Below, in pieces: positions 33,401-45,667 of a stretch of DNA of 64,000 bases. Positions within the stretch are counted from its first letter, which is position 1. Each line of letters begins with the position of its first letter. The notes under the pieces were generated by a model, which worked only from the letters and a program-made list of their open reading frames with translations, ran no database searches and had not been told where the DNA came from. The DNA is from Eledone cirrhosa (lineage: Eukaryota): assembly GCA_964016885.1 (NCBI GenBank), contig OZ024740.1, positions 439,518,001-439,582,000 on the forward strand, read 5' to 3'. The translations under genes were made by a program, and so were the position numbers.

Positions 33401-36400
33401 TGATATAGATAATAGATGATATAGGCAACAGATGATATAGACAACAGATGATATAGACAATAGATGATATAGACTACAGATGATATAACAACAGATGATA
33501 GAGACAACACATACTATAGACAATAGATTATATAGACAACAGATGATATAGACAACAGTTGATATATACAACAGATGATATATACAACAGATGATATAGA
33601 CAACAGATGATATAGGCTACAGATGATATAGACAACAAATGATATAGACAACACCTGATATAGACAACACATGATATAGATAATAGACGATATAGGCAAC
33701 AGATGATATAGACAACAGATGATGTAGACAACAGATGATATAGACAACACCTGATATAGACAACACAGGATATAGATAATAGAATGATTAAACAACAGAT
33801 GATATAGACAACAAATGAATAGGCAACAAATGATATAGACGACAGATGATATAGACAACAGATGATAGAGACAACAGATGATACAGGCAACATATGATAT
33901 AGACAACAGATGAAATAGACAACGGATGATATAGACAACACCTGATATAGACAACAGATCATATACACAATACATGATATAGACAAAAGATGGTATAGAC
34001 AACAGATGATATAGACATCACCTGATATAGACAATACCTGATATAGACAACAGATGATATAGACAACACATGATATAGACAACAGATGATATAGACTACA
34101 TATGGTATAGACAAAAGACGATATAGACAACAGATGATAGAGATAACACATGATATAGACAACACATGATATAGACAACACATGATATAGATAATAGATG
34201 ATATAGACAACAGATGATATAGACAACAGATTAATAGACAACAAATGATATAGACAACAGATGATATAGACAACAGATGATATAGACATCACCTGATATA
34301 GACAATACCTGATATAGAAAACAGATGATATAGACTACATATGATATAGACAACAGATGATATAGACAACAGATGATATAGGCAACACATGATATAGATA
34401 ATAGATGATATTGGCAACAGATGATATAGACAACAGATGATATAGACAATAGATGATATAGACTACAGATGATATAACAACAGATGATATAGACAACAGT
34501 TGATATATACAACAGATGATATAGACAACAGATGATATAGACAACAGATGATATAGACTACAGATGCTATAGATAGCAAATGATATAGACAAAACCTGAT
34601 ATAGACAACACATGATATAGATAATAGATGATATAGGCAACAGATGATATAGACAACAGATGATGTAGACAACAATTGATATAGACAACACCTAATATAG
34701 ACAACACAGGATATAAATAAGAGATGATATAGACAACAGATGATATAGACAACAGATGATATAGACAATAAATGAATAGACAAGAAATGATATAGACAAC
34801 ATATGATATAGACAACAGATGATAGAGACAACAGATGATACAGGCAACATATGATATAGACAACAGATGAAATAGACAACAGATGATATAGACAACACCT
34901 GATATAGACAACAGATCATATATACAATACATGATATAGACAAAATATGATATAGACAACAGATGATATAAACATCACCTGATATAGACAATACCTGATA
35001 TAGACAACAGATGATATAGACTGACACATGATATAGAAAACAGATGATATAGACTAAACATGGTATAGACAAAATATGATATAGACAACAGATGATATAG
35101 ATAACACATGATATAGACAACACATGATATAGACAACACATGATATAGATAATAGATGATATAGACAACAGATGATTTAGACAACAGATGAATAGACAAC
35201 AAATGATATAGACAACAGATGATATAGACAACAGATGATATAGACATCACCTGATATAGACAATACCTGATATAGACAGCAGATGATATAGACTACATAT
35301 TATATAGACAACAGATGATATAGGCAACAGATGATATAGACAACAGATGATATAGACAATAGATGATATATACTACAGATGATATAACAACAGATGATAT
35401 AGACAACACATGATATAGACAAAATATGATATAGACAACAGATGATATAGATAACAAATTATATAGATAACACCTGATATAGACAGCACATGATATAGAC
35501 AATAGTTGATATAGGCAACAGATGATATAGACAAAACATGATATAGACAACACAGGATATAGATAATAGATGATATAGACAACAGATGATATAGACAAAA
35601 GATGATATAGACAACAAATGAATAGACAACAAATGATATAGAGAACAGATGATATAGACAACAGATGATAGAGACAACAGTTGATACAGGCAACATATGA
35701 TATAGACAACAGATGAAATATACAACGGAAAATATAGGCAACACCTGATATAGACAACAGATCATATAGACAACACAAGATATAGACAACAGATGATATA
35801 GACATCACCTGATATAGACAATACCTGATATAGACAACAGATGATATAGATAACACATGATATAGACAACAGATGATATAGACTACATATGACATAGACA
35901 ACAGATGATATAGACAACAGATGATATAGACAACAGATAATATAGACAACAGATGATATAAACAACACATGACATAGATAATAGATGATATAGACAACAG
36001 AATATATAGACACCAGATTATATAGACAACAGATGAGTAGACAACAAATGATATAGACAACAGATGATAGAGACAACAGATGATAGAGACAACAGATGAT
36101 ATAGGTAACATATGATATAGACAACAGATGATATAGACAACACATGATATAGACAACAGATGATATAGACAACACATGATATAGACAACAGAGGATATAG
36201 ATAGCAGATGAATGATATAGACAACAGTTGATATAGACAATACCTGATATAGACAACTGATGATATAGACAAGACATGATATAGACAACAGATGATATAG
36301 ACTACATATGATATAGACAACAGATGATATAGACAACAGATAATATAGACAACACATGATATAGATAATAGATGATATAGGCAACAGATGATATAGACAA

Positions 36401-39400
36401 CAGATGATATAGACAATAGATTATATAGACTACAGATGATATAACAACAGATGATATAGACAACTCATGATATAGACAATAGATTATATAGACAACAGAT
36501 GATATAGACAACAGATGATATAGACTACAGATGATATAGACAACAAATGAATAGACAACAAATGATATAGACAACAGATGATATAGACAACAGATAATAG
36601 AGACAACAGATGATACAGGCAACATATTATATAGACAACAGATGAAATAGACAACAGATGATATAGACAACACCTGATATAGACAACAGATCATATATAC
36701 AATACATGATATAGGCAAATGATAATATAGACAACAGATGATATAGACATCACCTGATATAGACAATACCTGATATAGACAACAGATGATATAGACAACA
36801 CATGATATAGACAACAGATGATATAGACTACATATGGTATAGACAAAAGATGATATAGACAACAGATGATATAGATAACACATGATATAGACAACAGATG
36901 AAATAGACAACAGATGATATAGGCATCACTTGATATAGACAATACCTGATATAAACAACAGATGATATAAACTACATATGATATAGACAACAGATGATAT
37001 AGACAACAGATGATATAGACAACAGATGATATAGACAACAGATGATATAGACAACAGATGATATAGACAACAGATGATATAGACTACAGATGATATAGAC
37101 AACAAATGATATAGACAACACCTGATATAGACAACACATGATATAGATAATAGATGATATAGGCAACAGATGATATAGACAACAGATGATATAGACAATA
37201 GATGATATAGACTACAGATGATATAACAACAGATGATAGAGACAACACATACTATAGACAATAGATTATATAGACAACAGATGATATAGACAACAGTTGA
37301 TATATACAACAGATGATATATACAACAGATGATATAGACAACAGATGATATAGGCTACAGATGATATAGACAACAAATGATATAGACAACACCTGATATA
37401 GACAACACATGATATAGATAATAGACGATATAGGCAACAGATGATATAGACAACAGATGATGTAGACAACAGATGATATAGACAACACCTGATATAGACA
37501 ACACAGGATATAGATAATAGAATGATTAAACAACAGATGATATAGACAACAAATGAATAGGCAACAAATGATATAGACGACAGATGATATAGACAACAGA
37601 TGATAGAGACAACAGATGATACAGGCAACATATGATATAGACAACAGATGAAATAGACAACGGATGATATAGACAACACCTGATATAGACAACAGATCAT
37701 ATACACAATACATGATATAGACAAAAGATGGTATAGACAACAGATGATATAGACATCACCTGATATAGACAATACCTGATATAGACAACAGATGATATAG
37801 ACAACACATGATATAGACAACAGATGATATAGACTACATATGGTATAGACAAAAGACGATATAGACAACAGATGATAGAGATAACACATGATATAGACAA
37901 CACATGATATAGACAACACATGATATAGATAATAGATGATATAGACAACAGATGATATAGACAACAGATTAATAGACAACAAATGATATAGACAACAGAT
38001 GATATAGACAACAGATGATATAGACATCACCTGATATAGACAATACCTGATATAGAAAACAGATGATATAGACTACATATGATATAGACAACAGATGATA
38101 TAGACAACAGATGATATAGGCAACACATGATATAGATAATAGATGATATTGGCAACAGATGATATAGACAACAGATGATATAGACAATAGATGATATAGA
38201 CTACAGATGATATAACAACAGATGATATAGACAACAGTTGATATATACAACAGATGATATAGACAACAGATGATATAGACAACAGATGATATAGACTACA
38301 GATGCTATAGATAGCAAATGATATAGACAAAACCTGATATAGACAACACATGATATAGATAATAGATGATATAGGCAACAGATGATATAGACAACAGATG
38401 ATGTAGACAACAATTGATATAGACAACACCTAATATAGACAACACAGGATATAAATAAGAGATGATATAGACAACAGATGATATAGACAACAGATGATAT
38501 AGACAATAAATGAATAGACAAGAAATGATATAGACAACATATGATATAGACAACAGATGATAGAGACAACAGATGATACAGGCAACATATGATATAGACA
38601 ACAGATGAAATAGACAACAGATGATATAGACAACACCTGATATAGACAACAGATCATATATACAATACATGATATAGACAAAATATGATATAGACAACAG
38701 ATGATATAAACATCACCTGATATAGACAATACCTGATATAGACAACAGATGATATAGACTGACACATGATATAGAAAACAGATGATATAGACTAAACATG
38801 GTATAGACAAAATATGATATAGACAACAGATGATATAGATAACACATGATATAGACAACACATGATATAGACAACACATGATATAGATAATAGATGATAT
38901 AGACAACAGATGATTTAGACAACAGATGAATAGACAACAAATGATATAGACAACAGATGATATAGACAACAGATGATATAGACATCACCTGATATAGACA
39001 ATACCTGATATAGACAGCAGATGATATAGACTACATATTATATAGACAACAGATGATATAGGCAACAGATGATATAGACAACAGATGATATAGACAATAG
39101 ATGATATATACTACAGATGATATAACAACAGATGATATAGACAACACATGATATAGACAAAATATGATATAGACAACAGATGATATAGATAACAAATTAT
39201 ATAGATAACACCTGATATAGACAGCACATGATATAGACAATAGTTGATATAGGCAACAGATGATATAGACAAAACATGATATAGACAACACAGGATATAG
39301 ATAATAGATGATATAGACAACAGATGATATAGACAAAAGATGATATAGACAACAAATGAATAGACAACAAATGATATAGAGAACAGATGATATAGACAAC

Positions 39401-41320
39401 AGATGATAGAGACAACAGTTGATACAGGCAACATATGATATAGACAACAGATGAAATATACAACGGAAAATATAGGCAACACCTGATATAGACAACAGAT
39501 CATATAGACAACACAAGATATAGACAACAGATGATATAGACATCACCTGATATAGACAATACCTGATATAGACAACAGATGATATAGATAACACATGATA
39601 TAGACAACAGATGATATAGACTACATATGACATAGACAACAGATGATATAGACAACAGATGATATAGACAACAGATAATATAGACAACAGATGATATAAA
39701 CAACACATGACATAGATAATAGATGATATAGACAACAGAATATATAGACACCAGATTATATAGACAACAGATGAGTAGACAACAAATGATATAGACAACA
39801 GATGATAGAGACAACAGATGATAGAGACAACAGATGATATAGGTAACATATGATATAGACAACAGATGATATAGACAACACATGATATAGACAACAGATG
39901 ATATAGACAACACATGATATAGACAACAGAGGATATAGATAGCAGATGAATGATATAGACAACAGTTGATATAGACAACAGATGATATAGGCAACATATG
40001 ATATAGACAACAGATGATATAGACAACACATGATATAGACAACAGATGATATAAACAACACATGATATAGACAACAGATGATATAGATAGCAGATGAATG
40101 ATATAGACAACAGTTGATATAGACAATACCTGATATAGACAACTGATGATATAGACAAGACATGATATAGACAACAGATGATATAGACTACATATGATAT
40201 AGACAACAGATGATATAGACAACAGATAATATAGACAACACATGATATAGATAATAGATGATATAGGCAACAGATGATATAGACAACAGATGATATAGAC
40301 AATAGATTATATAGACTACAGATGATATAACAACAGATGATATAGACAACTCATGATATAGACAATAGATTATATAGACAACAGATGATGTAGACAACAG
40401 TTGATATAGACAACAGATGATATAGACAACAGATGATATAGACAACAGATGATATAGACTACAGATGATATAGACAACAAATGATATAGACAACACCTGA
40501 TATAGAAAACACATGATATAGATAATAGATGATATAGGCAACAGATGATATAGACAACAAATGATGTAGACAACAGATGATATAGACAACACATGATATA
40601 GACAACACAGGATATAGATAATAGATGATATAGACAACAGATGATATAGACAACAGATGATATAGACAACAAATGAACAGAAACAAATGATATAGACAAC
40701 AGATGATATAGACAACAGATGATAGAGACAACAGATGATACAGGCAACATATGATATTGACAACAGATTAAATAGACAACAGATGATATAGACAACACCT
40801 AATATAGACAACAGATCATATAGACAACACATGATATAGACAACAGATGATATAGACAACAGATGATATAGACATCACCTGATATAGACAATACCTGATA
40901 TAGACAACAGATGATATAGACAACACATGATATAGACAACAGATGATATCGACTACATATGATATAGACAACAGATGATATAGACAACAGATGATATAGA
41001 AAACACATGATATAGACAACACATGATATAGACAACAGATGATATAGACAACTGTTGATATAGACAACGGATGATATAGACAACAGATGATATAACAGAT
41101 GATATAGACAACACATGATATAGACAATAGATTATATAGACAGTAGATGATGTAGACAACATTTGATATAGACAACAGATGATATAGACAACAGATGATA
41201 TAGACAATAGATGATATATACAACAGATGATATAGACAAAAAATGATATAGACAACACCTGATATAGACAACACATGATATAGACAACACTTGATATAGA
41301 CAACAGATGATATAGACGAC
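12493..41320. repeat. 16-bp tandem satellite, right part, with kb-scale internal duplications
   Basis: Same monomer as 1-11544. It ends abruptly at tatagacgac|tccctcgctc. Rare marker variants recur at offsets of about 8.3, 5.4, 4.6 and 3.74 kb. Confidence 0.98.
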
Positions 41321-41621
41321 TCCCTCGCTCTCTCCCTCTCTCTCTCCGTTATTCTATTTTACTCCCCTATAATAGATATACTATATTCAATATAAAATTG
41401 TCCTTAATTTGTGCTTCTTCTATCATTCAAAAGTAGTCACATGTTAGTTAATGTTGGTAGGTTTGTAGCAAGATGTTAGATACTTTCTGTAGAAACGCTA
41501 CAATTTGTCTATATTTTGTCAATGACTGTTAACAATAACGTCTTATCTTACAGGTTTCCACATATATCAGTATATATACATATATAATGGAACGAAACAA
41601 AACAAACACAGGCATGCCAAA

Positions 41622-41758
41622 ATACATTTATAATAGTATCAAGCTTAGAGGAAATGGAGCAGGGTTGATTCAAAGTTTTGTACAGAAGTCATATATATAT
41701 ATATATGACTTCTGTCCAATAGACACTTCCTCTAAGCTTGATACTATTATAAATGTAT
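41622..41758. repeat. Inverted repeat (32-bp perfect arms) enclosing a second palindrome centred on (AT)n
   Basis: atacatttataatagtatcaagcttagaggaa (41622-41653) is the reverse complement of 41727-41758. Inner palindrome acagaagtc(at)8gacttctgt at 41682-41715. Confidence 0.85.
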
Positions 41759-41783
41759 CAACAAAACAATTAACTCATCGTTT

Positions 41784-41866
<83 letters not shown>
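41784..41866. repeat. Compound (CA)n(TA)n microsatellite
   Basis: Direct reading. Confidence 0.97.
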
Positions 41867-41870
<4 letters not shown>

Positions 41871-41979
41871 AATGGGGTTTAGAATCCTCAGATAAATGGA
41901 AAAAAAATGAGTATTGACGTACATGTACGTCAATACTCATCTTTTTCCATTTATCTGAGGATTCTAAACCCCATTATCA
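41867..41979. repeat. Zero-spacer palindrome (about 56-bp arms) at the start of a short insertion between (TA)n tracts
   Basis: Centre gacgtaca|tgtacgtc at 41923/41924. Arms tgataatggggtttagaatcctcagataaatgg... and ...ccatttatctgaggattctaaaccccattatca. Confidence 0.9.
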
Positions 41980-42069
41980 GACTAAAATTTCTTTAGTTGA
42001 AAAATACGGTGAAAGCTATTCTATTTTCTAATTTCAAACCTGCTCACTGTTTCAAAACATACTTACTTG

Positions 42070-42071
<2 letters not shown>

Positions 42072-42155
<84 letters not shown>

Positions 42156-42168
42156 TATATATATATAT
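42072..42168. repeat. (TA)n microsatellite
   Basis: Direct reading. Confidence 0.97.
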
Positions 42169-42258
42169 GTAAACAATGAGTTATTTGTTTTGTTGATTAT
42201 TCAACAAAGTTAATTTATAACAGATTATAAGCACTCAACAGTATTTCTGGAGTATCAT

Positions 42259-42504
42259 TAATATCAATAATATTAATAAATGGAAAATATCTTTATAAAA
42301 CCATATTTATTTTATTATACATATTTCTACCCACAATGAACCTACAACGTTAAGTTCATATGAGGATATGTCACTATCTTTAAACCAAATATTGTATTTT
42401 ATCTGACGAAAGCGTACCAAAATATTGGTACCCTTGAAATATGTTAAATAAAATAAATGTGGTTTTATAAAGATATTTTCTATTTATTAATATTATTGAT
42501 ATTA
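42259..42504 (+). mobile_element. Fold-back insertion (about 69-bp arms) with a hammerhead-like core; probable Penelope-like element terminal remnant
   Basis: Arms at 42259-42327 and 42436-42504. CTGACGA (42403-42409), stem aagcgtacc/ggtaccctt, GAAA (42436-42439); flanking tattttat/ataaaata could form stem I. The Penelope assignment is inferred. Confidence 0.5.
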
Positions 42505-42571
42505 TATATATGAAGTGTTTCCGTAGGAAAGATAAAGGAAAAGAGAGTGCTCTATGAAGGCTACAGAGCTT

Positions 42572-42735
42572 TATAGTTATGTAATAAACATAAGATATTT
42601 ATTTCATTTACCAAAGATTTCACGAAGACAGACGAGCGTGACACAGACGTCTGACGACCGAGGTCAGACGTCCGGCTTGTCTGTCTTCGTGAAATCTTTG
42701 GTAAATGAAATAATTATCTTATGTTGTTTATTACA

Positions 42736-42743
<8 letters not shown>
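42572..42743. repeat. Fold-back (about 65-bp arms) with an inner 10-bp GC-rich hairpin, abutting (TA)n
   Basis: tatttcatttaccaaagatttcacgaagacagac pairs with gtctgtcttcgtgaaatctttggtaaatgaaata. Inner hairpin gacgtctgac-gaccgag-gtcagacgtc at 42646-42672. Confidence 0.88.

Positions 42744-42802
<59 letters not shown>
42740..42802. repeat. (TA)n microsatellite
   Basis: Direct reading. Confidence 0.97.
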
Positions 42803-42806
<4 letters not shown>

Positions 42807-44024
42807 AAACGTTTGTAAATCTATCTATATATATAAAACTGTGGTTGTCTGTCTGTCTATCGATTTTTGGCACACATCTCCTCTTAGAATCTCTCACGGA
42901 ATTGCACCGAAATTGCTATACTTGTACATTGAGCCCTAGCGAAGACATCGGAAAAAATATATTTCAAATTGACCCACCCTATGTGACGAAATCGAATATA
43001 ATGTATCGATTTTTGAGCGTAAGTTATCAGTTATTTCCCTTTGTTCTGTTTACATTGAGCGTCTTACGTAAAAAATTACGCTGGCTTTCTCAGCGTTTAA
43101 AATGACATTAACACAATACACGAACAGTTGTCGAGCCAGCAAAATATTGACCTGCAAAATTCATCAGTTCGAACACTAAGCTTCCGTTTTGCTTCATTTC
43201 CATTTAAAAGCATTTTAAAACAATATTTTTACTTGAAAACAAGTCTATTTAAAGACTACGTAAAACAAGCAAATATTTCAGGCGTGCAGACAGACAGTCG
43301 TGCAGAGAGGTGATATAGGCGTGCAGACAGACATAACTGATAATTTGGTTACGCTAATGTTTTTCTCTGCGTTGCAGTGTTTACATTTTCGATCTTTGTT
43401 AATAAATAACCAGTGCAGTTTTTATCCCCAGCATCCTCTTTTGTTATAACATTCGGGCTATCGTTATGTTTTCTTAACTTCATAAGGCATATTGTTGGTT
43501 GAGGGAATATTAATCAAAAACACCACATGCAAGTCTGCACAGTAGACATTACAGTTTTTAAGCCAAAAAAGAAACTTAACATTGTAACTTTAACACAGCT
43601 ACTGAGCGACCCCGAGCAACGCCGGGCTTTACTGCTAGTGTATAATAAAGCCAAAACAATGCAGGTATGGACATAGAATAAAGAATGCAAATGCAAAAGA
43701 TATTGTTGACAATTAGTCTTTTACCTTAGATTTATTTAAATGTCCTTAATTAAACCAGTGTTCTAAATAGCTTGCTATGTCAACTTGACTTGGCAAGCTA
43801 TTTAGAACACTGGTTTAACCGCTTTACTTCCCTCCGAAGAAGAGATTATCTCGAAAATTAAGGAAAGTTAAATAAATTTAAGGTAAAAGACTAATTGTCA
43901 ACAATATCTTTTCCATTTGCATTCTATTTTGCATATATCCATACCTGCATTGCTTTGGCTTTATTATTAATTTACAAACGTTTATACCTCATTACACAAT
44001 GCTTCAAGTGAACTATAACTTCCT

Positions 44025-44027
<3 letters not shown>
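42803..44027 (+). mobile_element. Fold-back insertion between (TA)n tracts, interrupted by Helitron copy 2; hammerhead-like core; probable Penelope-like remnant
   Basis: Left arm = 42803-42819 plus 43639-~43738; right arm ~43870-43987. Inner 26-bp perfect stem 43750-43775/43793-43818. Motif acttccct-CCGAAGA-agaga-tta-tctc-GAAA-atta-aggaaagt at 43826-43868. Confidence 0.55.
42820..43638 (+). mobile_element. Non-autonomous Helitron-like element, copy 2 (about 819 bp)
   Basis: Near-identical to 11545-12492. 5'-TC at 42820 (or 42824); 3' hairpin cccgagcaacgccggg followed by ctttactgCTAG. A|T target, no TSD. Confidence 0.88.
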
Positions 44028-44061
<34 letters not shown>

Positions 44062-44084
44062 AACTGCACAGATTACACCTGCCA

Positions 44085-44205
44085 AATACTAGATATTGTT
44101 CACCGTGGGGTAATGTTGGAAGACACTGTTCTATAGTGATATTCAGTAAGATCGAATCCACACCTATGTGATTGATAAGTGAACGTCTTAGCTATACAAC
44201 CATAT
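44085..44205 (-). mobile_element. Degenerate tRNA-derived SINE head (second family)
   Basis: The minus strand reads tggttgtatagctaagacgttcacttatcaatcacataggtgtggattcgatc, with A-box-like and B-box-like spacing. Heavily diverged. Confidence 0.4.
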
Positions 44206-45328
44206 TTTTTATTGTGTTTTTCTTCTTAAATCTTATTTAAAACTTCGAAGCGAATAATGCTGAGTCAAAAGCGAGATTCAACGCCGACTTTAGTTAAAGT
44301 TATTTAATATTTCAATGTTTAGAATATTTTACCTTTTAAAACTTTCTCAGATTTCTTTTTATTTTATAGACAATAGAAAATAAACATATGAGTATACTTC
44401 ACTATATTTCAGGAAAGATAATTTATATTTAAATTCAAGTAGATAAATATTAAATGAACATAGCTTAATGTAATATGCTTACGTAAGAAACTTAAAAAAT
44501 AAATATTGAATAAAGAAAAGAAAATAAGGACCTTAAATATACAATCAATTTCGCAACACTACAGAAACATTGGTCTATTTTAGTTGCTTATTTCCAGAAA
44601 AAATCCTTTTCGTACTCATGTTCTGTAAACAATTTCCACCTCACTATGAAATGCTGCCTTATTAATAATTTGCATTAAGAATTTTGAATTTGTGAAAATC
44701 ATTTTGATTTTAGGAATTTGTCTTAGTATTTTTAATTGAATTTCTTTTTCAGTTAAATTTTCTATTTACCTCCTGCATGTTTAACTTTGTTCTTTCCGGT
44801 TTTTATTTCGTATTTTCGTACTTTTTTCCCCAACGGTGCTCTCTTATAAGTGCAAATAATTATAGGAGAAAAGCTACCTTTAAAAGTGGTCATAATTTAG
44901 ATAACCTATTTAAAGATTTCACCTGTATTTCAGTGTATCTAACGAAGCTGATGCAACCTGGCAAATTTAGATACACAATGTATTAAAAAATAAAGTTCCA
45001 GAAAAGAAATGAAATGGGCCAATGGCGAGAATTTTGATAAATACACTAAGTGAGTGGCTTACTGAGTGTCTTTCGAAACATTCTTATTCAATTAAAATTT
45101 CCCTCCGAGAGTAAGAAAATAAAAACCTGAAGAAAGGGGAGATAATTTCAATAAGTTAAGGATTAATTTATTGAAATTCCAAAGTTAATTTTAATACTCA
45201 ACATCACCATCAATCTTCACCTCTACCCATTAAGATTACACTTTTCAAAATACCCGCAATCCTAATTATCCATCTGTTATCATTATTTCTTTGTTTTATA
45301 TTTTTTGTTTTATCTTTTTATTGCTTAG

Positions 45329-45454
45329 CTGACCAGCTGCAGGTGGGAGCCTCGCGAGTTGGTATGGCTTTTCCAGCGCGTCTCCCTCGCCGTCCTCCAG
45401 GGAAATGCCTTCTCTATTCTGTCCGCCGGCGCTGTGGGGAGGCCACCAATATGA
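45329..45454 (+). pseudogene. C-terminal fragment of a CRE-like (RLE) non-LTR retrotransposon ORF
   Basis: My translation LTSCRWEPRELVWLFQRVSLAVLQGNAFSILSAGAVGRPPI* matches the 'FQRxSxAxxRGNAxxIL' C-terminal motif of CRE-clade elements. GC-rich island followed by a hairpin and an A-rich tail. Homologous to the minus strand at ~55690-55775. Confidence 0.65.
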
Positions 45455-45562
45455 TTGACTGACTTGTCATTTTATCAGTCAGATGTTTTTGGTGGCAGTG
45501 TAACAAAGTGGGATCAGATGAAATAAAAAGATAAAACAAAAAATATAAAACAAAGAGATAAT

Positions 45563-45667
45563 TGTTTTTACTTTAGGCACAAGGCCAGCAATTACCCAGT
45601 GCATTACTGGTACTTTATTTTATCGACCCCGTAAGGATGAAAGGCAAAGTCAACCTCGGCGGGATTT
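45563..45667 (-). mobile_element. 5'-truncated tRNA-derived SINE with a 9-bp TSD
   Basis: Matches the 3' half of 47850-48037. Flanked by agagataat at 45554-45562 and 45668-45676. Confidence 0.85.

Noticed and set aside
310-41303. Hundreds of minus-strand Cys/Ile/Tyr-rich ORFs (up to 506 aa)
   Set aside because: They overlap in all three frames and follow directly from a stop-free 16-bp monomer. Frequent 14/15-nt units shift the frame. There is no gene structure.
1-41320. CRISPR array or telomeric repeat
   Set aside because: Units are contiguous with no unique spacers, there are no cas genes, and the context is eukaryotic. The monomer is unlike TTAGGG-type repeats.
41587-42808. ORFs ending in YIYIYI/THTH runs (also 47418-47657, 48604-48911, 49068-49358)
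   Set aside because: Translations of dinucleotide microsatellites.
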